From assembly GCA_964384675.1 (NCBI GenBank), contig CAYLNK010000009.1, forward strand, positions 1 through 47,873: a stretch of DNA of 47,873 nt, in the 5' to 3' direction. This stretch comes from an uncultured Holophagales bacterium. GTDB taxonomy: Bacteria > Acidobacteriota > Thermoanaerobaculia > UBA5066. Shown one piece after another: positions 17,059 to 23,926 of this stretch. The position numbers and the translations under genes were made by a program. A model generated the notes under the pieces. That model saw only the letters and a program-made list of their open reading frames with translations, was not told where the DNA came from and searched no databases. Every line of letters begins with the position of its first letter. Positions within the stretch are counted from its first letter, which is position 1.

Positions 17059-19364
17059 GGCAGCCTCGGTTCCGGCCCGCCGGCCAGGAGGAGGCCCGCG
17101 AGGATCACGGCGGAGATGACCGAGAGGGCCGCACCGACACGGAAGGAGAGAGGACGGTACCGCAGCACCACCCGGTGCTCGCCGGCGGGAACGGTGAAGC
17201 CGATGAAGAAGAGGTCGGTCCGCACCGCACGCACCGGAAGGCCGTCCACCTCGACGCGCCAGCCCGGATCCCAGCTCCGGGTCAGGACGACCGACGCGGG
17301 CTCGGAGGACACGGTGGAGATCTCGGTCTCCTCCGCGAGGTCCCGGACGAAGCGCAGTGCCGAAAAGCCCTTGCCGCTGCGAGGCGGCGGGATCGGCCCC
17401 GGGTCATCGGCGAAGAGGGCCAAGTCCTCCGGGTCGAATCCGGGCCTCGTCAGCGCCGCGATCACGACCTCGTCCGCGGCGACCCTGCCGCCGCGGGCGA
17501 AGAACGCCCGGCCGAGCGGCCCGGCCAGGTTGTAGGCGTAGACGCCGGGCCCGCGCCCGGCGGGTCCGCGCGTGGAGCGTGGCGGCGGCGACGGCGACAC
17601 GACCAGGCGAGCGTCGCACAGACGGAGGATCGAGTCGGGGATACGTCCCGCGAGGGAGTCGTGGAGAAGAGCGAGCCGGAGCAGGCTCTGGAGGGGCGAT
17701 CCCGACGTCGCGGCCGGGATCCCGGCATCGAGGTTGGTGTAGCCGGCCAGGAGTACCCGTTCCTTGAGCGGTGTGGTCGGGGCCCAGGCCCCGCCCGGCA
17801 TCGCGTAGCCGACGACGGCCCGCGCGTCGAGCGTGTCCACGAGCAGCCGGCCCGGAGCGGAGCCGAACATCCGGCGCACCTCCTCGGTGGACGAGCGCAG
17901 CGCGGCCGCGGGCACCGCCTCGAGGGGGTCCCGGGCCGTGGCGGGCAGCGTGGCGACGAGGAGCGCCACTACCAAGTAACCGGTCGCCGGCGCGCCGAGC
18001 CCCGTCCTTCCCCGCAGCGCGAGGAGGAGGACCGCGGCACCGAGGGCCCCGAACGCGAGGCGGGCCCGGCCAGGGTCCCGATCCCGGAGCGACCCGAGCG
18101 CCGCGACCGCGAGCAGGACGACCACGCACACCGTCAGGCCGGCGCCGATCCAGGCTCGCCCCACCCAGGCTCGCTCCCGGGCGAACCCGTCGTCTTCCGG
18201 GCGCGCACAGACGCGAAACCGGCCATAGAGGAAACCGTCCAGACCGGCGCCGGCGGCCACGGCGAGGCCGAGATGCGTCAGCAGGAACCACCGACCCGGG
18301 AACCTGAGGCCTCGGAGCAGCCCGGTCCGGTACAGGAGAGGAGCGAGCGCTCCCCGGGACCCGAGCGCGAGGAGGAGGCCGATCACCGCGAGGCCGAGGA
18401 GACCCAGGAGCAGGCGCGGGCGGCCCGGGAATCCCGCGGCCGCGCCCGCCACGAGCAGGAGGGCCAGCGGACCGAGCGCGAGCGAGGCGAGGTAGCCCCC
18501 CCGCTCGCCCGCCGGGGTTCGTGTGGCCGCCGGCGTCGGAGGCGCGACGAGGTCGGCGAGCGCGCCCGATCCGACGGGACGGGCCATCGCCTCCTCGGGC
18601 GAGGCATTCGAGATCCGGCCCGTCCTCACCACGAGCTCGAGAAACGGAAGCGACGCCGCGGCGGTGAGGGCGAACGCCAGACCGAGCCCGAGGGCGGCTC
18701 TCGCGGCGGCCCGGCCCGGACGGATCGAAGGAACGCCCGTGCCCTCGGACCAGGTCAGGGCCGCGAGACCCAGGGCCGCCGCGGCCCCCGCGAGCGCCAC
18801 GCTGGGCTCACCCGCCAGGAACGCGAGGGCGACAGGAAGGGCGAACCCGGCCAGCCCACCGCCCGACACCAGCCGGCGCGCCCCGACGAAGATCCAGGGC
18901 AGCCACGCCGCCGCGCAGGCGTTGTTGTAGTAGGGGAAGAGAGAGAGGAACGCGCCGGCACCCGCGTAGACCACGCCGCCCGCGAGCGACGCCGGGCGCG
19001 AAGATCCCAGGCTGTCGAGCCAGCGGGCCATCCCCGCCGAGGCGAACGCGAGATGGAGCGTGATCGCGAGGAGAGCGCCCCATGGCATCCCGAGGAGGAA
19101 GGGCAAGTCCCCCGGATAGAGCACACCGGACTGGAGCTGGGCCAGCCAGGGCTCGCCGCAGCCGGCCAGGGGGTTCCAGAGGGGGATCTCGCCAGCGGCC
19201 CAACGCGCGGCGGTGTACGCCTTCATCGGCCAGAAGAAATCGGGCAGGTCGCCACGAGCTGGGATCCGTGCGCTCCAGGCCGCCGGACCACCCGAGATCG
19301 CGCCCACCAGGACGCCGAGGAGTCCTCCGAACGCCGTGACACGTCCCGGCGACTCCCCGCTCAT
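17055..19364 (-). CDS. YfhO-family polytopic membrane protein (predicted GT-C glycosyltransferase)
   Basis: 769 aa with more than 12 predicted TM helices. N-terminal motif FFWPMKAYTAARWAAGEIPLWNPLAGCGEPW. C-terminal YfhO-like WDPGWRVEVDGLPVRAVRTDLFFIGFTVPAGEHRVVLRYRPLSF followed by a final TM. Co-transcribed with pilD. Confidence 0.65.
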   Translation of the reverse strand: MSGESPGRVTAFGGLLGVLVGAISGGPAAWSARIPARGDLPDFFWPMKAYTAARWAAGEIPLWNPLAGCGEPWLAQLQSGVLYPGDLPFLLGMPWGALLAITLHLAFASAGMARWLDSLGSSRPASLAGGVVYAGAGAFLSLFPYYNNACAAAWLPWIFVGARRLVSGGGLAGFALPVALAFLAGEPSVALAGAAAALGLAALTWSEGTGVPSIRPGRAAARAALGLGLAFALTAAASLPFLELVVRTGRISNASPEEAMARPVGSGALADLVAPPTPAATRTPAGERGGYLASLALGPLALLLVAGAAAGFPGRPRLLLGLLGLAVIGLLLALGSRGALAPLLYRTGLLRGLRFPGRWFLLTHLGLAVAAGAGLDGFLYGRFRVCARPEDDGFARERAWVGRAWIGAGLTVCVVVLLAVAALGSLRDRDPGRARLAFGALGAAVLLLALRGRTGLGAPATGYLVVALLVATLPATARDPLEAVPAAALRSSTEEVRRMFGSAPGRLLVDTLDARAVVGYAMPGGAWAPTTPLKERVLLAGYTNLDAGIPAATSGSPLQSLLRLALLHDSLAGRIPDSILRLCDARLVVSPSPPPRSTRGPAGRGPGVYAYNLAGPLGRAFFARGGRVAADEVVIAALTRPGFDPEDLALFADDPGPIPPPRSGKGFSALRFVRDLAEETEISTVSSEPASVVLTRSWDPGWRVEVDGLPVRAVRTDLFFIGFTVPAGEHRVVLRYRPLSFRVGAALSVISAVILAGLLLAGGPEPRLP

Positions 19365-19402
19365 CCGTGGATTGTAAACGTCAACTGCGGGACCAAGTGA
19401 AA

Positions 19403-19424
19403 GGCCCCCGGTTTCCCGGGGGCC
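19403..19424 (-). terminator. GC hairpin GGCCCCCGG-tttc-CCGGGGGCC immediately downstream of the first pilin gene; putative partial intrinsic terminator
   Basis: 9-bp perfect stem read from the sequence. On the transcribed strand it is followed by CUUUCACUU, a weak U-tract. Sits between the pilin stop (19454) and the YfhO-like start (19364). Confidence 0.35.
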
Positions 19425-19453
19425 AGTCCAGAACGATCGAGGAACGAGGAACG

Positions 19454-19945
19454 CTACTTCTGCTGGCCTTCCGCGTACTGGATGAACTGGCCGTCGACGA
19501 AGATGATGTCGTTGTTGAAGCTGGTCGTCGGGCCGTACCCGGCAACATCCGGCCCCGTGGTCGTGTCCTTGCCGAAGGAGACGAGGATGTAGTCCTGGTT
19601 CGAGTTGCCCGTGGTGTACTTGATCGTCTCGTTCCAGCCATCCTGGGTCGGAACGATCCGGATGTACGTGGGGGAGAGCTGGCCGATCACAGTCGTGCTC
19701 ATCGCGGCGGTCGGATAGCCCAGGCCGCTGGGCAGGGTGGCGGCAGCCGCCGGGTACTGGTTGTTGTCGACGGCGTACGCCTCGGCCGCGGTGCCGATGC
19801 TGCGCATGTCACCCATCGTCCTCTTCTGCTTCGCGCGCTGGATCGCGTTCAGCAGGTTGGGAATCGCGATGGCCACGATGATGCCGATGATCGCGACGAC
19901 GATCAGCAGCTCGATGAGGGTGAAACCCTTCCGATTACGCTTCAT
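19454..19945 (-). CDS. Major (pseudo)pilin, GspG-type (T2SS major pseudopilin-like / PulG-type type IV pilin)
   Basis: MKRNRKG|FTLIELLIVVAIIGIIVAIAIPNLLNAIQRAKQKRTMGDMRSIGTAAEAYAVDNNQYP, then QDGWNETIKY...DYILVSFGKDTTTGPDV...NDIIFVDG, matching the GspG family layout. AAGGAGG SD. The track ORF starts 9 codons earlier. Confidence 0.8.
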   Translation of the reverse strand: MKRNRKGFTLIELLIVVAIIGIIVAIAIPNLLNAIQRAKQKRTMGDMRSIGTAAEAYAVDNNQYPAAAATLPSGLGYPTAAMSTTVIGQLSPTYIRIVPTQDGWNETIKYTTGNSNQDYILVSFGKDTTTGPDVAGYGPTTSFNNDIIFVDGQFIQYAEGQQK

Positions 19946-19969
19946 GTAGATAGCCTCCTTGACTGCGAG

Positions 19970-19986
19970 CATTCAAGAGCGGTGCC
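19970..19986 (-). promoter_or_regulatory. Candidate σ54-like promoter cGGCAC-cgctc-TTGAa about 27 nt upstream of the pilin-1 ATG
   Basis: The same CGGCAC-N5-TTGA element is found 29 nt upstream of pilin-2 (about 20650-20663). It matches the σ54 -24 box (TGGCAC) but the -12 reads TTGA rather than TTGC, so the call is tentative. Confidence 0.3.
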
Positions 19987-20027
19987 GCTCCCGTCTTCAG
20001 CGGCTCCAAGCCGGTCCGGGCGAGTGA

Positions 20028-20043
20028 TCGACAAAATTTTGTC
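20028..20043. promoter_or_regulatory. Perfect 16-bp AT-rich palindrome CGACAAAATTTTGTCG about 90 nt upstream of pilin-1; candidate operator or enhancer-binding (bEBP) site
   Basis: Read directly from the sequence. A striking AT-rich dyad in a GC-rich (above 70% by eye) genome. A second related dyad, ACAAAGTGTCGACAGTT, follows about 30 nt away. Confidence 0.35.
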
Positions 20044-20125
20044 GGACGTGCCCGGTCCACCGTCCACAAAGTGTCGACAGTTCCAGGACGCTGGAAGGGG
20101 GCGAGCGGCTGTCGGATGGAGACCT

Positions 20126-20620
20126 TCACTTCTGGGTCCCGTCCGGGTACTGCACGAATCCCCCGTCGACCAGGATGATGTCGTCGTTGAAGTTCGTCGA
20201 TGCCCCGTAGGTGGGAGACGACTGCTGCGCCTGGTCTCGCCCGGTGGAACGGAGGGCGTAGTCCGCGCCGTCAGCCGAGGTGGTGTACAGGAAGAACCCG
20301 AGCCACGGATCGTAGAGCGGAACCGCCCGCATGTAATTGGGCTGGAGCTTCCCGATGACGCCCGGCGTGAAGCTGGCGGTCGGGAGCGAGAGGCCGGTGG
20401 GCAGGGTGAAGACCGCCGCCGCGGACGGGTAGGTGCTGTGGTCGACGCTGTACGCCTCGAGGGCCGTGGCGATCGCCCGCAGGTCGGCCATCGCCCTCTT
20501 CTGCCGCGCCCTCTGGATGGCGTTGAGGAAATTGAATACCGCGATCGCGATGATGATGCCGATGATCGTCACGACGACCAACAGCTCGATCAACGTGAAG
20601 CCACGCCTGTGCTTCCTCAT
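20126..20620 (-). CDS. Major (pseudo)pilin paralog, GspG-type
   Basis: MRKHRRG|FTLIELLVVVTIIGIIIAIAVFNFLNAIQRARQKRAMADLRAIATALEAYSVDHSTYP...DDIILVDGGFVQYPDGTQK. ATG at 20620 with a GAGGGG SD. The track ORF carries a spurious 52-aa Arg/Pro-rich N-terminal extension. Confidence 0.8.
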   Translation of the reverse strand: MRKHRRGFTLIELLVVVTIIGIIIAIAVFNFLNAIQRARQKRAMADLRAIATALEAYSVDHSTYPSAAAVFTLPTGLSLPTASFTPGVIGKLQPNYMRAVPLYDPWLGFFLYTTSADGADYALRSTGRDQAQQSSPTYGASTNFNDDIILVDGGFVQYPDGTQK

Positions 20621-20649
20621 GGTGTTGCCCCTCGATTCGAAGTCAGGAA

Positions 20650-23600
20650 TCAAGAAGCGTGCCGGGCCTCGACGAGGGTCCGGAAGTCCCGGTGCCGCTG
20701 CCAGACGAGCTCGAGCGCCTTCCGGAAGGCCGGGACGTGCCGGAGCGGGACGAGCGCCCGGTCCCGCTCGATCCACGGCGCGTTCCAGTACCCGAGGTCC
20801 GCGGCCTTCCCGATCCAGGCGACGGCGGCGTCAGGCTGCGAGAGCGCGGCGCGCACCTTCGCGATCCAGTACGTGAAGGTCCCGTCCGCAGCGGCTCCCG
20901 GCTCGGCGGCGGCCAGCTGCTGCTCGGCGCGCTCCCGGTCGCCGGTCTGGGCCAGGACGAAGGCGTAAACCCCCCGTGCGATGAAGTTGTCGGGGTCGAG
21001 CTGGTAGCCGCGCTCGACCCACTCGCGCGCCCGGCCGAGGTCCCCGGCGTAGTAGTGGACGATCCCCTTCCAGTAGTGGAAGTGCCCGAACCGGGGCCGC
21101 TCGGCGAGGAGCGCGTCGGCCTCGGCGTGCGCCTCGGGCAGCCTCTCCTGGTAGATCAGCGCCGAGAGGCGCGGGATGGAGTGAGCCCAGGCCGGATCGA
21201 TCGACCCGGCCGCCTCCTGCGCCGCCAGACACCGGTCCCACAGCCCGGCGTTCTTGTAGAGGTAGGCGAGCGTGGCGTGCGCCGGGGCGTAGCCGGCGTG
21301 CTCGGCGAGCACGGCGTAGAGGTCGACCAGGGCGCGCTCGTTCTGTCCGCGTTCGATCCTTACCAGAGCGAGGATCCGGCGCGCCTCGGCGGCGAGCGGC
21401 CCCCGGGGATCGGCCTGGAGCGCCTCGGAGACGGCGGCTTCGGCGCGGTCGTACAGCCGCACGTCTCCGACGATCTCGGCGGTCTCGCTCTGATGGCGAC
21501 CGAGACGGGTGAGCAGGCGAACCCGCTCCCGGAGCGCGACGTCCCCCGTCAGCCGGTCGGCGAGGGCGACCGCGCGCTCGAGGAGGGGGCCGGCCTCGCG
21601 CGGGCTGCGCCGCACGGCGTTCGCCGCCGCCTGCTCGAGGGCGGCGATCGCCCGGGGGAACTCCCGCCCCTTCTCGAAATGGACGGCGAGGACCGCCGCG
21701 ATCGAGGCCGCCCGTTCCACCGACGCCGGGTCGTGGCCCCCTTCGTGACGACCCGCCAGGTACCGGCCCAGGGCGGAATGCCACGCCGTCCGCCTCTTCG
21801 GCGGGATCGAGCCGTAGAGCGCGTCCTCGTAGAACGCGTGGACGAACCGGAAGCCCGAGGAGAGCGTGCCGTCGGGGTGCTCCAGCTCGCCCGTCGGCTC
21901 CACCAGCCCGTGCACCCGGTGCAGCCGGTCGAGCCGGTCCTCCACGTCGAGCTCGTCGGCGCCCAGCACCGAGGCGACCGCGCCGGAATCGAACCGCTCG
22001 CCCTGGACGCTCGCCACCTGGAGGAGGCGGCGGTCCTCCTCGTCCAGGCGGTCGAAGCGGGAGAGGATGACGCCGGTGATCCCCTCGGGCACCTCGTCCC
22101 CGAGGTCGTCCAGCGAGCGGGCCGCCACCATCCGTCCGGCGTCCTCCCGGAGCGCCCCGAGGGCCCTCAGGTGGCGCAGGACGTTCACCACGAAGAGGGG
22201 GTTCCCCTCGGTCTTCCCGTGCACGAAACGGACGACCTCCGGCGCGACGCCCATCCCGAGCTCTCGCATGAGGAAGGCCTCCACCTCGGGTTCCGTGAAC
22301 GGCGGCGGGGCCACCTCCGCGCCCGACGACGACAGCCCCCGCAGGGCCTGCCGGAGGGGATGGCGGGTCACCTCGATCTCGGAGCGCCGGTACGTCGCCA
22401 CGACCAGCAGCCTCATCTCGACGATCCGGCGGGCCAGGTACGCCAGCAGGTCGACGCTGGCGTTGTCCGCCCAGTGGAGGTCCTCGAGCACCAGCACGAT
22501 CGGGCGCACCGTCGAGAGCGCCGCGAGGAAGTCGCTCAGCTCCCGCGGCATCCGGTCCTGGGCCGGAGGGGCCGCGCCCGCGGCCTCCAGCCGCTCGTCG
22601 AGGGTCGCCCCGACGAGGAGAGCGGGAAAAAGCCGCGCCCAGGACGGAGCGAGCGACCGCAGGAACCCGGCCACGCGTCCCTCCTCCAGCCCGTTCACGA
22701 GGCGGGAGACGATCTCCAGGAACGGCAGGTACGCCTCGCCCGAGCCGAAATGCTCGGAGCAGCGCCCCACCGCGGTCAGGATCTCCGGCCGGGCCCCGGT
22801 CTCGCGCGCCAGGAAGGCGTCCACGAGGGTCGTCTTGCCCGAGCCCGGCTCTCCGGAGACGAAGAGGAACCCGCCCCGGCCGCGCAATGCCGCGAGGAGC
22901 CGGCTGTTCATCACGTTGAGAGGCCCGTCCCGGCCGATCGGCCCCGGGACGACCGCGGGGGCGAAGCTCACCCCCGTCGAATCGACCGAGAGCGTCGTGA
23001 TCGCGGGGAGCGGCTTCGTCTCGGCTCGCGCGTCGGGCGCGCGCGGGGCTCCCCGCAAGAGCGGAGCGAGCGCCTGGACCAGCTCCCCCACCGTCTGGTA
23101 GCGCCGGGCCGGGTCCTTCTCGAGCGCCTTGAGGACGGCCGCCGAGATGGGAAGGGGGATGGCGGCATCCGCGGCGTGAAGCGGGCGGGGCAGCTGGGTG
23201 AGGTGCTTCATCAGGACCGACATCACCGAGGCCCCGGAGAACGGGACGAAGCCCGTCAGCATCTCGTAGGCGATCACCCCGAGCCCGTAGACGTCGCTCC
23301 TCGGGTCGGCCGGACGCCCCTGGGCCTGCTCCGGGCTCATGTAGTGAGGCGTTCCGACGGCGTGGTCGCCGGTCAGCCCCGGCGACGGGTCGTCCTCCGA
23401 GAGCGAGGCGAGGCCGAAGTCGGCCACCTTCACGGCCCCGCGCGAGAGGAGGATGTTCGCCGGCTTCAGGTCGCGGTGGACGATCCCGGCCTCGTGGGCC
23501 GCCCCGACGGCCGCCCCGACCGCCTCCAGCACGTCCGCGACGCGGTCGAACGCCAGCTTTCCGTCGCGGGACAGCTCGTCCGCGAGGCTGCCGCCCTCGC

Positions 23601-23901
23601 ACAGCTCCATGACGAGGTACGCCTCCTCGCCCGAAAGGCAGAAGTCGTGGACCACGACGACGTTCGGGTGGAGGAGCCGCCCGGCGGCGCGCCCCTCGCG
23701 CCGGAAGCGCTCCAGGGCCTGGCCGGCCCGATCGAGCTCGCCTCCGAGGAGCTTGATCGCGACGTTCCGGCCCATCTCCTCGTGCCGGGCTTCGTAGACC
23801 ACGCCTCGACCGCCCGCGCCGAGCCGCCGGACCAGCCGGTACCGCCCGTCGAGCAGGCGTCCCTCGCGAGGGTCACCGCAGGTGTTCGAGAGCCCATCCA
23901 T
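20650..23901 (-). CDS. STAND-type Ser/Thr protein kinase (PknK-like): N-terminal kinase, AAA/NB-ARC-like NTPase and C-terminal TPR repeats
   Basis: Kinase motifs GAGGRGVVYEA, AIKLL, HRDLKPANILL, DFGLA. Walker A GEPGSGKTT. Walker B VLVLEDLHWAD. C-terminal TPR-like repeats. 1083 aa. Confidence 0.85.
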   Translation of the reverse strand: MDGLSNTCGDPREGRLLDGRYRLVRRLGAGGRGVVYEARHEEMGRNVAIKLLGGELDRAGQALERFRREGRAAGRLLHPNVVVVHDFCLSGEEAYLVMELCEGGSLADELSRDGKLAFDRVADVLEAVGAAVGAAHEAGIVHRDLKPANILLSRGAVKVADFGLASLSEDDPSPGLTGDHAVGTPHYMSPEQAQGRPADPRSDVYGLGVIAYEMLTGFVPFSGASVMSVLMKHLTQLPRPLHAADAAIPLPISAAVLKALEKDPARRYQTVGELVQALAPLLRGAPRAPDARAETKPLPAITTLSVDSTGVSFAPAVVPGPIGRDGPLNVMNSRLLAALRGRGGFLFVSGEPGSGKTTLVDAFLARETGARPEILTAVGRCSEHFGSGEAYLPFLEIVSRLVNGLEEGRVAGFLRSLAPSWARLFPALLVGATLDERLEAAGAAPPAQDRMPRELSDFLAALSTVRPIVLVLEDLHWADNASVDLLAYLARRIVEMRLLVVATYRRSEIEVTRHPLRQALRGLSSSGAEVAPPPFTEPEVEAFLMRELGMGVAPEVVRFVHGKTEGNPLFVVNVLRHLRALGALREDAGRMVAARSLDDLGDEVPEGITGVILSRFDRLDEEDRRLLQVASVQGERFDSGAVASVLGADELDVEDRLDRLHRVHGLVEPTGELEHPDGTLSSGFRFVHAFYEDALYGSIPPKRRTAWHSALGRYLAGRHEGGHDPASVERAASIAAVLAVHFEKGREFPRAIAALEQAAANAVRRSPREAGPLLERAVALADRLTGDVALRERVRLLTRLGRHQSETAEIVGDVRLYDRAEAAVSEALQADPRGPLAAEARRILALVRIERGQNERALVDLYAVLAEHAGYAPAHATLAYLYKNAGLWDRCLAAQEAAGSIDPAWAHSIPRLSALIYQERLPEAHAEADALLAERPRFGHFHYWKGIVHYYAGDLGRAREWVERGYQLDPDNFIARGVYAFVLAQTGDRERAEQQLAAAEPGAAADGTFTYWIAKVRAALSQPDAAVAWIGKAADLGYWNAPWIERDRALVPLRHVPAFRKALELVWQRHRDFRTLVEARHAS

Positions 23902-23926
23902 CGTCGAAGGCCCCTAGAATAACCGC

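Noticed and set aside
19972-20043. Calling the pilin upstream elements bona fide σ54 promoters
   Set aside because: The -12 position reads TTGA rather than the highly conserved TTGC. They are kept only as low-confidence candidates supported by their conservation between the two paralogs.
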